A stretch of 64,000 nucleotides of DNA, taken from Pseudovirgaria hyperparasitica. Taxonomy: Eukaryota. Positions 1 through 13,312 of this stretch are shown here, piece by piece. The notes below the pieces were generated by a model. That model made no database searches. It saw only the letters and a list, made by a program, of their open reading frames with translations, and was not told the origin of the DNA. Position 1 is the stretch's first letter. Every line of letters starts with the position of its first letter. The stretch is taken from assembly GCA_010093815.1 (NCBI GenBank), contig ML996572.1; one strand, written 5' to 3'. Position numbers and translations under genes: made by a program.

Positions 1-1895
1 CTAGGCCTAATTAGATAATCTTACCTATATAAGAAGTTAAGATAGATAAAATCTAGTTTATTAGGAAAATACTTATATAAATCTTAGATTAGCGAATATT
101 AGTAAGTATCTAAGACGAAGCGTAGAGAATAACTAAGGTCTTATAAGACTTAGAATAGGGATATAGAGATAGATAACGATCTAGGTCGCTAAGGGTAGCT
201 TTCTAGAGGGAAGGGATAATTATTAGGACTTAGCCTTAGGTAGAACCCGACCTATATATACCTTAGCTAATAGGGTTAGAAGGTAATATAAAGGGCGGTA
301 AATAGTCACGTGCTAGATAGATCGGTATCTCTTTATATATATACTCTCGGATTTCTACTAAAAGGGTTTGGTAGTAATTCATTCTATAATAGAATACACC
401 CCATTGTTCTATCTAACTATACTACTATCCAATAACCCTATTCTTACATATTGCGCGTGGCTATCTAAATATAAGAGAGAGTTAAAGAAGAGAGATAGAT
501 AGATAGATAGATAGAGATACTACTAATACACTTCTACGACTATCGAGTAGAGTTATATAGACTATATTTTAGAATATATATATATATTTATACTACTTTT
601 ATATTACTTTATTAGGAAATATATTAGAATATATTAGTAGTAACATTACTCTATAACTTTAGCTCCTTTAAATCTCTCTACTAATTTAACTATATTATCG
701 CTATCTCTACTACGTTTAAAGCTATCTAACTACTCTATTAGATATATATAAATCTCCTTATTAATATAGGAACCCTTAGCTATATACTTAAAGAACTTTA
801 GTATAAATCTATTATAGTAGCTATTACGGAGTACCCTTTCTATAAAATTACTAAAGTTATAATACTTATCGCGCTTATATACCTACTATCTATATATCTA
901 CGCCTTAAGTACCGCCTATATAAGCTTAATTAGGTTATAGTCTAGCGAATACGGAGATAGATAGCGTACGACGTAGCTAGCCCTAGTTAGAATAGCCGTA
1001 ACTTTAGGGATATAATAAAGATTTAGGTTATCTATTATAATAACTATTATCTTATTTAGATAGTAAGCCTTAATCCCTAGTAATAGATACTTATTTAACT
1101 ATAAGATAAAGTCTTTCTACTTATAATATCCCTTCTTAAAACGGTAGTAAATGAATTTATCTAGGCTAATTACGCTATAGATACTCCACGTCTTACTACG
1201 TTATATATTTTTATACTAAGTTACTTAATTACTATAAGGTAAGTATCCCCATAGTCTCTAACCTATTTTCTTATTAAATATAGTCTTATTAATAAAGATA
1301 AGCTAATTAGAGGTAAAGTTCTTTATATCTTAGTAATAAGAGTCGTATATAACCGAACTCTAGTTTATATAGATTCTCTTAATATTCGTCCGTATATAGC
1401 CTTACTTCTTAAGATTATATCTAATTAACTAGTAAGTTATCTATATATCTCTTTTCTCTTCTAGGAATTACTAAATCTTATCTAAGTATAGGTATTCGAA
1501 TCGGTATAGTAAGACGAGTACTACTATCTAGTTATTAGTTAATGCCTTTAGATTTTAACTAGAAGGATTTAATGGCGCTATAGCCTATCCCTATATACTT
1601 ATATTTCTCTATATATAGTATATAGTTATCTTATTATAGTAGTAAATATCTACTATCTAAGTAGGAGATATACTAAGCTAGAGATAGATAATAATATTAA
1701 CGTATACCTAGTTCGATAGCTAAGGAGCTACTATAATACTAATATTAGGTATACACGTATTAAAAGTAGGGTTATCGACGTACTAATAACTATATATAGT
1801 GCCTATAAATACTATAAAGTATCTATATACGTGGATTCGACGTATTTTACGACGTTACGGCTACTATACACGATAATATTTAAAATACTCATTTA
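1..1895. mobile_element. RIP-degraded AT-rich repeat / transposon relic (family not identifiable)
   Basis: Very AT-rich, with abundant TpA (tag/taa/cta/tata) and near absence of CpA/TpG while CpG is retained, the classic repeat-induced point mutation signature. No ORFs. Abrupt change to normal composition at ~1900. Short (GATA)n run near 493-516. Confidence 0.8.
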
Positions 1896-2247
1896 CTATG
1901 GAAAAACGTTGTGTTGCGCACGAGCGTGCATGCCAAGAGTTGCGCTGAAAAAGTTACGGACGGATCCTCTCAAGCCACACATCCTGTGCCAGGTTGAGAC
2001 CCATGACCCATCTCTCAACCCTGCCCTTTTGCATCATACGGCGTGCTGTGCACTCGCTCTGCCCTGTTTCTGAGCATGGTTGCGTGTAGAAAGCAAGGGT
2101 TGAGATGGCAGATGGTAAGCAGGGTATGGGATTTAGACGGAGGATTTATATAGATATGGCATCCTGTCCATCAGTCGAGTGCTTGGAATACATACTTATT
2201 TTTGTCGTCGGAAGATTATTAATACTGAGGCATCTTTCACGTTCATC

Positions 2248-2791
2248 ATGTCAGACCCAACCAAGAGCCAAGATAAGCAAGGCTATACGGGGGGTGCGAA
2301 GCAGTACTATAATCAGCAGTACGAATCCTGGTATCCGTGGATCGAGGACCAGTATTTGAAATGGTTCACGAAGGATAACAAGGCGAGCTACGCAACCAAG
2401 GGTGCTTGCATTCCCATACTTCATTCCTCCTGATCATCGTACGCTGACTGCAACCTTAGATGCCCTCGACAAGTCCAAAGTCACCGGAATTGACCAAGTC
2501 GATAAACTTCAGGATGGTGTGAACGGACTTGTTGCTGGACAAGTCGGCAAAGGCGGCCTTGCGCAACCTATTGGAGACTATGTGTCGAAAGAAGGCGTGA
2601 ACAGAATGGAACGAGGAGGGAAAGATGACAATGGAGAATTCACGCCTGGTGGTGCTGGGGATACATATGTCAATCAGGCGAAGGGGGGCGTCTCGAGTGG
2701 TGCCAGTGCGGTGGCGGATGGTGCGAAGGGTGTTGGTGGGATAGCCACCGGGTGGATGGGTGGTCAGAAGGAGGGAGAGCAGAAGAAGTAG
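2248..2791 (+). CDS. Small glycine-rich hydrophilic conserved fungal protein (2 exons)
   Basis: ATG at 2248 (MSDPTKSQDK...YNQQYESWYPWIEDQYLKWFTKDNKASYATK). Intron 2402-2459 (GTGCTT...GCTGAC...TAG) joins in frame to DALDKSKVTGIDQVDKLQDGVNGLVAGQVGKGG... Stop at 2791. Confidence 0.8.
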
Positions 2792-2932
2792 ACACATTGT
2801 CTGATGCACGATGATATGCTAATTTCTTCTTGTTGAGATTCGGACCAGGTTTCAGAATCCTTTCATGTCAACTATATCTTACCTTTGCATACACAAAAAG
2901 TTGTGGTTAAGTGCTCATCGATACTACGATTA

Positions 2933-3588
2933 TCATGCCGTAAGCTTCTCCGCAAGCACGAAGCCATGCCAGAGCATCGCGACTAGACCTCCCAGGTTGA
3001 CTAAAGTGCTTATGCCGTGGAGCGCTCCAAACTGCTTGTTCAGCTTCTGCATATCTTCACTGTGTGGACCCTCGTCATATGCCTTCTTTCCGTCTCTTGT
3101 CTCTTGGTGCTTTCTTAGTATCATAACTCGTGTAGTCTCAGGGCCCAGATACAATGTGTTTGCGACACTGGAGATGACCATTGTGGCGATAGGTAGCCCC
3201 AAAGTCCATTTGTGCTCGGCTGAGAAGACCGATTTGATGCCACCGAAAGGATATGTGAGCGCGAGAGCAGCAGAAAGGAATGTTTGCATGCCGAAGTACA
3301 CTGGAAAGGTATGCTAGAAAGATGTCAGGGCTTAGATATTGAGGAGCTATAATCTAGCTTGCCTTCTGCAACGTGGAGAATTGCGGACGAGGTAGCACGC
3401 GGAAGGCGATGATGCCTCCGACGAAGCTCTGAAATATAGTGCTGCCTAGCAATGTGCCATAGCTATTGATACCCAGGGTCAGTGTTCGCGCACCGAGATG
3501 AATGGACGCCACGGTCTTATGACGTAGTTGGAATGTACCTGATGATGTGATAAGGCGCGAGGCTCGAGATCTGCGATAGAGAAGGCAT
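2933..3588 (-). CDS. TMEM205-like / DUF4149 membrane protein
   Basis: Spliced: MPSLSQISSLAPYHII / SYGTLLGSTIFQSFVGGIIAFRVLPRPQFSTLQK / FPVYFGMQT...NTLYLGPETT...LNKQFGALHGISTLVNL. These motifs are typical of TMEM205/DUF4149. Confidence 0.85.
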
Positions 3589-3842
3589 TGCTGAGCCGCT
3601 ATTGTCTAGTAAGAATGGATACGGAGGCAGAGTGCTCATCATTCACGAACGGATGACTGAAGCAAGATCGTATGAGGCATAAGTACCCCCTCAACAATCG
3701 ATTACCATTTCATGTTGCATATTTGCGCTTGGCTGTTTCAGGTAAGGCCCCACTTACCTGGGGTGCGGGTTCGCACGTGCGCGCGCGTTTTCATGGTGCG
3801 TGCGCCTTCTGCCTTGGGTGAAGTAGGCACGAACAAGGCGGC

Positions 3843-3848
3843 ACGCGT
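3843..3848. promoter_or_regulatory. MCB-like element (ACGCGT) in the divergent TMEM205-like/KU80 promoter
   Basis: ACGCGT ~90 bp upstream of the KU80 ATG, with a further CGCG-rich run near 3779-3790. Confidence 0.35.
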
Positions 3849-3932
3849 CGTCAATTATATTTAAAATATGGCGAGGCGCCCATAGGCTTTCTCTTCACTT
3901 CAACACTCTACCAAACGCCTTGTAACGTAATC

Positions 3933-6505
3933 ATGGCCAATAAAGAAGCAACTATCTACATCGTAGATGTTGGCAGAAACACTGGAGATACACATTCAGG
4001 CAGAGATGAGAGTGACCTGGAATGGAGTTTGAGATGGGTGTGGGACAAAATTACGACTACAGTGCGTCTCACCTTCACTGTGTCTCTGGGAGTTGTGATG
4101 CTTATTCTCGGCATAGGTAGGAACAGGCAGGAAGACTGCGATGGTCGGTGTACTTGGCCTGCGAACCGCCGGTAAAGAGGACTCCTGAGCGATTGAAAGT
4201 AGGCCTGATCTTCGTATAGCGACCGATCACTTTTTGAGTGACGAGGGGGGTTATGAGCATATTTCGATATTCCACCCCATTTCGCAGTATGCAGTGCACC
4301 CATGTGGTCGACCAATCATCTGACTTTCGCCTAGAGTTTTGATGCCAGACGTGCGCAAGCTTCGCGAGAAGTTTGAGCCCAGCAGCACCAATGCTGGTGA
4401 TGGTATGTATGATGATAATATTGAATATTTTCGCTAATGTAGCTAGCCATCTCCGCTATAATTCTTGCTACACAGATGATAACAGATCATTGCAAGAAGC
4501 TGAAGTACACTAAAAAGATATTTCTAGTTACTAACGGGCGTGGGCACATGGATGCGGATGCTGGTGATATCGCAGGTCTTGCCAAAAAGATCCAAGACGA
4601 AGACATTGAGCTGACAGTGCTTGGGGTCGACTTCGATGACGTAGAATATGGCTTCAAAGAAGAAGACAAAAGTGACACCAAAGCCAGTAACGAGACAATC
4701 CTGCGATCACTTACTGAGCAATGTAATGGTCAATTTGGTACTCTTGAAGAGGCCATCTCAGCACTGGGTGCCCCCCGAGTGAAGACAACGAGACCCGTCC
4801 ACTCATACAAGGGCCCGTTGACTCTTGGAGACCCGGAAAACTATGATACAGCGATGTCAATTGACGTCGAACGTTACCCTCGTATTGCTGTTGCAAAACC
4901 ACCTTCGGCAAGTCAATTCGTCGTCAGGTCTGGCGCGACGCAGGACAGCGTCCAGTCATCCGAAACCCTTCAAGAAGGAGGTGCATCGGATCAGCGACCG
5001 GATGGTGACCTGGCTGCTGTCAAGAACGCCCGAAACTACCAGGTACCAGATGAAGACGCCCCAGGGGGCAAAAAAGACGTACCGGAAGACGAGCTCGCAA
5101 AAGGCTACGAGTATGGTCGCACAGCTGTTCATATCAATGAATCTGAACGTAACGTTACAGAACTTGACGTCGAGCCGTGTCTCGATATCATAGGTTTTGT
5201 TCCGAGAACCAATGTCAGCACGTACGGCAGTTTTATACTTATTAACCGCTGACATTTTTTAGGTCCAACGTTACTTTAGCATGTCGAAGACGTGTATGAT
5301 TATAGCACAGAAGGCAAATGACAAGGCCAGTCTCGCACTTTCGTCGCTTATACATGCACTGCATGAACTCGACACGTATGCGATTGCTCGATTTGTGAAC
5401 GCTAGGAAGTCGAAACCAGTCATACTTCTCCTCGCCCCTGAAATCGAGATCGAGTACGAGTGCTTAATTGACGTGGAGCTACCATTCTCGGAAGACATAC
5501 GCCAATATCGATTTCCACCACTAGACAGGGTCTTGACGGTGTCCGGCAAGACTATCACTGAGCATAGAAACTTACCAAGTAAGGACCTAATGCAAGCAAT
5601 GAGCGACTACGTAGATGCCATGGATCTATCAACCGCAGGAAAGGACGATGATGGGTGTGTAATAGTGTCTGGCTGTGGCTGAATTCCTCTGCTAACTCAC
5701 TAGGGATGTTTGCGAGTATGCAACAATGGATCAGACATTCTCGCCAGTATTGCACAATGTCAATCAGAACATCCAGTGGCGAGCAGCTCGAGGAGACCAA
5801 TCCTTGGCTCCAGTATTAGAGATCTTAACGCGCTACTCAAGACCACCAGATGATCTAGTCACGAGCGCCACCACAGAGATAAACACACTCGTCAAAAGAA
5901 GCGATGTCAAACCAGGTACTATGTTCAGTCCTCAAGTGAGCGAGAATGTGCTAATGTGGTCAGTTCCGCCAAAGCTGAAAGGTCGAAAGCGCAACAGAGA
6001 GACAGAGAAGCCCTTGTCCGGCCTGAATGTTGAAGAGCTTCTGGGCCGCGAGAAACGAACGAAAATCTCGGCCGAAAACGCTATCCCAGAGTTCAAGCAG
6101 TATATTGAGAACAGCGAAGATTTCAGTGCTATTAAAAACGCCGCTGACCAAATGTTCAATCATGTCAGCTCATACATTCAGCATAGTATAGGGGACAGCA
6201 AATACGGCATGGCCACTGAAGTTTTATATGTCGTAAAACAGAGCATGATCGACTACGAAGAACCAGAGATATACAATGAACACTTAGCCGCTTTGAAAAG
6301 AAAGGTCCTGGACGGCTCGCTAGGAGGAAACCGCACAGATATGTGGGTTCGTATACGACACAACAGACTTGGGCCCATTACGAAAGAACAGTCAAAACAC
6401 TCAAAATACTCAGAAGAGGAGGCAAAGAGGGTACGTAACAAAGTATATGCGCCAAGTGGGACATGACTGATCTACGCACAGTTCATGCGGGTGTCACCTA
6501 AATAG
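3933..6505 (+). CDS. KU80: ATP-dependent DNA helicase II subunit 2 (Ku80), NHEJ
   Basis: N-terminus [14 protein letters not shown] (vWA), [59 protein letters not shown], and C-terminal [12 protein letters not shown]. Multiple GT-AG introns. Last exon FMRVSPK* ends at 6505. Confidence 0.96.
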
Positions 6506-7090
6506 GATCGCTGCAGCGACCGTCTTGCGGTTGCTTAATCTTCGTCGGAATCTGCTAACTCAGAAGTGAATCACAAGAATGTGGACCCCATGCAAGGCAA
6601 GGCCTAGCATGACAATAGTTGGGAAAGTCGAAGCTGCTTCTGACTGCCGACGCCTTTGCTTCAGCTGGCTAGCTACTGTCTTTTACAACACACTGGCCCA
6701 GTCACCGTACCTTGCATTAAGATTCATTCTGGCTATCAAAGGTAATACCTGCCAGGCACGAGTCTGCGGAGCGATTGTGTGATCTCAGCCACAAATACAA
6801 CACCAGCCCAGTCACAAGCAGGTACTGTGTAGACTAGAATCTAACCAAGATTTCGGAACCCATGTTGTTCATTGTCACCAATTGTCATCCTAATCTCGCT
6901 GATGGAGTAGGAGGTCCCTACTGGCTTTTGTTGCGGCAGAAGTATCCACTTCATTGACACTATACCCAAATTAGTGAGCAGTGGTCGAAGCTCCGTATCA
7001 CAACCTGTGCCGCATTCGTTTTCAATGCAGCTTCAAGCTCTCTCTCAAACCCAAATCTACCAAGGTGTGAACAGATGCCATCAATTCTGC

Positions 7091-9375
7091 ATGGAGTCCC
7101 CAACAAGCCCAAAGCGACATCGCAGAGATCGTCGTGTCCCCGACGAGAAGCGAAAAAGAGCCTCGCATGCGTATATTTGTGGTGTTGGAGTTGCGAGCAG
7201 TCTGCTAACCTCTCGTAGGTGTACTCGATGCAAGTCTCGCAAGAGCAAGTGCATTGAAGTTCAACGTGGAGTCTGCCAAAGCTGCCAGCAACAAAATCTA
7301 TCTTGTCGCTTTGAGCGTGTACGAGGGGCCTCGAAAGCTGAGGACCGGCAAAACTCAGAAGCATTTGATTCTAGGCATAAGCCACGTCACAACACAGGGC
7401 CGTGTAAGACATGGTCCGATCCGATATCATGGCCACAGCGTTGATTTGTGCAGCAGAGGGGTTTGTGTGGCCTCCTTTTCTCTCAAGGCTACGACAATCA
7501 TTCTATCTCGACCCTGACCTTACCTGCAACTCTACGCTACATATGAGCGATCAACAAGTACGTCGGCGAAGGTAATTGCAGGGTGCTAAGCTGACTATCA
7601 GATAAACATCTCAAGCGGAACATTGCAGTCAGATCAGTCAGGAAAAGTTCATCTTGCTGTCACGTCCTTACCACCGGAATCTATCACACGTTTCTTATTG
7701 AAAGTTTGTAACGAGCATGGTACAGATGCATTCTTCTACTTCGATCAAGCAAGTATGTCAGAAGACATCACTAACCTCTACTCCGATCCTGGTTCCGCTT
7801 TGCGACGAGATCCATCATTCGTCTGCTTGTTGTACGCTATGCTTGCTCTAGGAAGTCAATGGACTACTTAGCTCGACCCGAGGGACCATTATCGAATGTT
7901 GTACCCAGGGACCCCGGCTTGACTTTCTTTCGCCAAGCCCGCGGTCTCATGTCGGATGTGATAGAGCTCAATTGTATCCGGGCTGTGCAGGCATCGTTCG
8001 TCATTGGGGTTTATCTACTTCCAGCCAACGCTATTGGATCAAGTTATGTTTACTTGGGCATCGCATTGCGCAAAGCTCTTGCTTTAGATCTACATCTAGC
8101 TCACCAGGATACGGACTTTACTACACTTGAGCGAGAGCTCCGTCGGAGATTATGGTGGTCAATATATTCCTTGGAACGGTATGTTAAAGGATGATCCGAC
8201 GTTATTCGCGGACTTACAGTAGTCAGGAACACTACACTGAAATTAAATCGCCCACGTTCCATCGCAGTCTCGACCATCTCCGCTCCACTTCCATCGGAAT
8301 TACCTCAGCTGGATGCTCAACAGGCTTTCAACAACCTCCAGCATCAGATTGCTAACGCACGACTGACACTCCTTCTCGACCAGCTGCAAGATACCTTGTG
8401 CGTTGAGAACTTAGTCTCATGCAGCCCATCACTAACATAGCTAGGGACCCTCAGAAATATGTATCAGGGATAGAACATTCTCTAAAGACCTGGAAACGGT
8501 CACTCCCACCGAGCTTGAGATTATGTAATGCCCATCCGAAGTCGTCCAACTTTCGCGCCGTTTTCCACTTGCACCTAAATTACCATATTGCTTGGATCTT
8601 TATGGGCAAGCTTAGTGTTCTTACTATGATTCGAGCTAATCTTCAGTATGATCTTGGTCGCTCTAGCACCCAGGTTCATCTCGCAGAACATGAAGAGCGC
8701 CTTGCACGAGCATGTATCGGTTCAGCAAACAAGATCTTGCACATGTTTCAGGACATGCAGAGTACGGGGAATCTGACTCGATTCTCTTTTACCGACTTCC
8801 AAGGTTGTAGCATCGCAACAGTCATAATCATCCTCTCAGGGATGCTTGAGAGAAACGCTATTTACGAAAGAGTGGCAGCATTCGGCAAAGACTGCCTTGA
8901 AAGCATGGCTGAAGGCAACGCTACCGCTCGTGCAGGCGTTAAATTCGTGGAGGCTGTGAGATCGATTGCAGACGAAGCCGTGAGCAGGATGCGACAATCT
9001 CAAAGATCTACTTCACATCTAGAAGCCATGCCACTCCTGTCAGACTATGAACACTGGGCTCAGTGGATACAGCAAGCAGACAATGTGTCGAGTGAGCACA
9101 ACAGACCACAAAATGATTCGGAAATTCCTGCACAGTCTCCAGGGGCCTCGCAATCGACAGTCGGGGACAGGGCATGTCACACCACACAAAACGACTTGAT
9201 CCTTGGCCCTGGCACGATTCCGACAGAAGAAGAACTGATAGGCCTTAATATTGACTGTCCGATTACAGTTCAAAGAGACGATCCTACGTTTCTCATGGGG
9301 CTTACTGGACTTGATATGCTCGATTTTGGGTCCCAGGATTCAGGTTTTGACGCGTTTGAATTAGACTTCTGCTGA
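7091..9375 (+). CDS. Zn(II)2Cys6 transcription factor with fungal-specific TF domain (apparent frameshift at ~7868)
   Basis: KRKRASHA / CTRCKSRKSKCIEVQRGVCQSCQQQNLSCRF (C6 zinc cluster across intron 7171-7218). Middle homology region YLGIALRKALALDLH...ELRRRLWWSIYSLER...KLNRPRSI. Introns 7404-7453 and 7558-7601 keep frame, but the frame breaks at 7869-7871. Confidence 0.88.
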
Positions 9376-9470
9376 ACTCAACACACTTTCAGCTCAATCC
9401 ACAAAATGCTATATACACTCAGAGCAGGCTTGAATCAAATATTTCCAACTTATTCGACCCTACGATAGCA

Positions 9471-10856
9471 TCACAAGGATGCACCAATTTTAATTGGCAT
9501 GTTGGCATCTTCCGCTAGACCGCTCCAACGACTTTTATATACTCGACCCTCCTTCATTACGCCTTTCACGTAGGTTTCTGGCGCGTCAAGGATTTTAACA
9601 TTGTCCAGTGGATTTGAAGCTAGGAATAGAATGTCAGCCTCGAAGCCTACCTCCACCTGGCCTAAACTATTCGTTTGGTCCATCATTGAGGCAGCATTCA
9701 ATGTTGCACTTCGCAGAACCTCCAACGGGGTCAGCACTTTGGAGCGCAAGGCAAACTCATGGGTCTGAGCTGCGCCCAACGGACCTTGATCACGTCAGTC
9801 ATTTGTCAACGTAATCATGGAATGGCTGCACATACCCAACAGATCAGTCCCAAAGCACATCTTGACACCCGCTTCAGAGGCAATTTTGAGAGCTTCTAGA
9901 CCAGCTTCGAGTACTTCTGTGTTTTTCGACTGTTCCGATCGCGGCAGAAAACCTTCCCAAGCAGGCGCAGCCATCTGGTCGTAAGTGACCAATGTTGGTG
10001 TCAGGAACGCCTCATGCTCTGCCATCAACACGGCCGTCTCTTTGTCGAGAAAATTACCGTGTTCGATGCCCTGAACGCCATTCTCAATACAATGGCGGAT
10101 TGCCGCTGGAGTATATGCATGTGCTGTCACATAGGTACCAGCATTTTTTGCACAGTTTACCATGGCTCGGATCTCCTTTGGCGTGAACTGCAGGTGTGAA
10201 ATCTTGTCCGTGGGACTAGACACACCTCCACTGCCCATGATTTTAATGAAATCGCTTCCACATCGGATCTCTTCTCGAACAGCTTGCATGCATTGTGCGA
10301 CGCCGTTGCAGACACGACCGAGCCCAGCGTGCGCACCTCCACAACAAGCAGAGAGATCATGTTTGTTACGAAAATCTGCATGGCCTCCTGACTGGCTGAG
10401 CGCGTGACCCGCGATAAACAGTCGAGGACCAGGAAATACGCCATCTTCGATTGCCTCCTTGATCGCCGTATGAGCACCACCGCAATCCCGGACGGTTGTG
10501 AAGCCTCGGTGTAGCATCTGTGCGCAGACATATGGCTGGCGTAGAAGACTCACAGATTCTGGATTGCCGAATGCAGCAGCTAGGTTGTCAAATCCAGGCG
10601 TCGCGACTAGATGAACATGGCAATCGATCAATCCTGGACAAAGATATAGGCTGGTGCAATCGATCTGTATATAGCCTGTTCGAGGAGGAGATGGAAAAGA
10701 AGATGGCGTAATGGAGTGTATCTTTCCACGTATAATAGTAACATCAACATTCGCCCGAATTGAACCATGCGCTACATCAACTATCGAAGCGTTTTGGAGA
10801 ATATACGGTCTTGGTGCCGGTCGAAGCCATGGCTTCAATGCCTTTTCGTTGACCAT
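9471..10856 (-). CDS. Metal-dependent amidohydrolase (prolidase/Xaa-Pro dipeptidase-like subgroup)
   Basis: PGLIDCHVH, GFTTVRDCGG, DFIKIMGSGGVSS, AHAY, IEHG, FGTDLLG, LRSATLNAA, GQVEVGFEADI. One intron at ~9785-9835. Confidence 0.93.
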
Positions 10857-11382
10857 ACTCTAATACCGGAAGCGATAGGGAACACGGCGTTGTTGCGGAG
10901 CCTTAAGGTTGGAGAGACGTTGAGCTCATAACGTGATGCTCTCGCTTGTGAGACCGAAAGACTTGAAGACATGACTCGAACGGCAGTCGGTAATCTGCCA
11001 TACTATATTCGGGACATGGACAGACTGCTGCCGTTGATAGACGGCTATCTGTCATCGGACGTCTGACCACTTTTCCAGCCTGTCATCGGCAATTTGGCCC
11101 GGCAGGGGCGGTCGTTACTCAGACTGCGGCAATGTGCCCCTTCAGCTAACTAGTTCCCTGCCTTGAGATATCTCAGACCTATCACATCACGAGAATCCAT
11201 GTCGCCATCTTGAAATCAGACCTCCACTTCTTTATCCGAATATCACATTCTTCACGTTATCATGCCAACTAGCCGGCAAGGCAGTTAAACGGAGGCCGGT
11301 ACACATTCATATTGCGAGTCTGTCCACATTGTCTATTATGCAACAATATATCACCCATCAAGAGATTGCCTGAAGCATTATT
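10857..11382. promoter_or_regulatory. Divergent promoter of amidohydrolase/permease with CGG-triplet repeats and GATA motifs
   Basis: CTGTCATCGG occurs twice (11049-11058, 11080-11089). Everted CCG-N8-CGG within GCCGTTGATAGACGGC (11030-11045). Several GATA/TATC motifs. Confidence 0.45.
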
Positions 11383-13158
11383 ATGGCAATGGCGCAACAT
11401 GACGCGAGAGAAGTATCCTCGGATAAACAGCTCGATATAGACGAAAAGAATGTTGTCCTCGACCCAACAACATCGTATACCACCGAAGAGGAGAAGCGTG
11501 TGTTGCGCAAGATCGATCTTACAATCATGCCCCTAATGTGCTTAGTATTTTTTCTCCAGGTAATGATCATTACGCTTCTAGAGAACTCTACTGAACTTAT
11601 ACAGTATCTCGATAAACAGTCTCTTAGTTATGCATCAGTATAGTCATCTGCATAATGTTTCGATAGACACGCATTAACCCGTATCTCAGGTGTTTGGCCT
11701 CATTACCGATTTAGAGATGACTAGTAGCCAGTATTCGTGGTGCTCATCGATATTCTATATTGGACAACTGGTAAATTACTATTCTTCCACTGTTGCACAT
11801 GTCTTCGTCTTCAGTGGCAACTAATGCAGTGCGTCGTAGGTTGCAGAATATCCCTGCATCTACCTCATGTCAAAGCTACATTTGAATCAACTTGTCGGAG
11901 CAACTGTAATACTTTGGGGAGTCATGTGCATGTGCCTAGCCGCACCAACGTCGTTTCATGGCTTCGTTGCTGTAAGGTTCTTGCTCGGATTTACCGAAGG
12001 CGCTGTGTCACCAGCCTTTGTGACCATCACTTCTATTTGGTATCAAAAGTCAGAACATGCTTCTAGGACTGCGTGAGTGAATGGGTACTTATTTTTTCAC
12101 CATGAGCTGATCTTGTCTAACAGCCTTTGGGTCACAATGAACGGTCTCGCTCAAGTTATAGGGTGCCTTTTAATGTACGGGATTGGGAGAAACACATCAC
12201 TGGCACTGGCACCTTGGCGTGTCATGTTCATCGTATGTGGAGCACTCACGGCCGCAGCTGGGGTTTTGTTCTTCTTCCTGATGCCCAACGGACCCAGAGA
12301 CGCGTGGTTTTTGAGCCATCGCGAGAAGGAGGTGCTATCACAACGCATGGCAAGAGATCGCGAGGGAGGCGACAAGACCTCTTTTTCTGTGCGCCAGCTT
12401 CGAGAGGCAGTGTTCGATATCAAGACTTGGTTTGTGTTTTCATTCGGCGTACTAGTTACGATGCAATCCCCTGTGCTTACAGTAAGTCTGATGTCTTCGT
12501 CTTTCTTCCAGCATGTGACACGCTCTAATGCTTTCACCAGTTCGCCTCACTTGTCATAAACACCATTGGCTACGATCGGTACCAGACAATGCTTTATACT
12601 GCACCCTCCGGTGCTGTTCAGATCCTTCTCCTATGGATCGGCGTGATTGGCTGCTGGTTGTTTCCGCGCAATCGTACCTTCGTCATCATGGCACTAATCA
12701 TCCCGCCCCTCGTTGGCAACGTCTTACTCCTCAAATTCTCTCTCAATTCCTCCTGGGGCATGATTGCTGCATCGTGGCTGGCCTCATGTATCACCGCCGT
12801 TATGTCGCCGCTGCTGTCACTTGCAGCTTCAAATGTAAAAGGTAACACTAAACGCTCGGTCGTCAGTGCAGTCTTCTTCATTGGATATTGCGCTGGATGC
12901 ATTGCGTCACCGCAGTTGTGGACTGAGAAGCCAAGGTACTTCAGTGGTGTTGTGACGGCGTTGGTCACGTGGTGTTTGTTGTTTGTCGTTGTGACTTTCT
13001 ACTGGATTGTATGCATGATGGATAATGCGAAGAGGGATCGAAGGAACGTGGATGTGAGAGATCATGTGAACGAGGATCCCACGATTCTGGATGAGAATGG
13101 TGCTCCGCTTCTAGATTTGACAGACAAAGAGGATGTGAAGTTTCGATATAGTTGGTAG
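11383..13158 (+). CDS. MFS transporter, allantoate/dipeptide permease (DAL5, anion:cation symporter) family
   Basis: EEKRVLRKIDLTIMP, QYLDKQSLSYASVFG, RFLLGFTEGAVSP, WYQKSEH, APWRVMF, SNVKGNTKRS, DLTDKEDVKFRYSW. Five GT-AG introns can be reconstructed in frame. Confidence 0.93.
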
Positions 13159-13312
13159 AGAAACTCACGTCTCATTAATACCAACACAAATAGCTGCTTG
13201 CATATCACCGACTTGGCATCGGCATTGAACAGACATATGGCTCTATTTGTTAAAGATCTAAACCAAATTCACCATAAAGGAAATGACAGTCGTAAGCTCA
13301 ATATCCTACACA

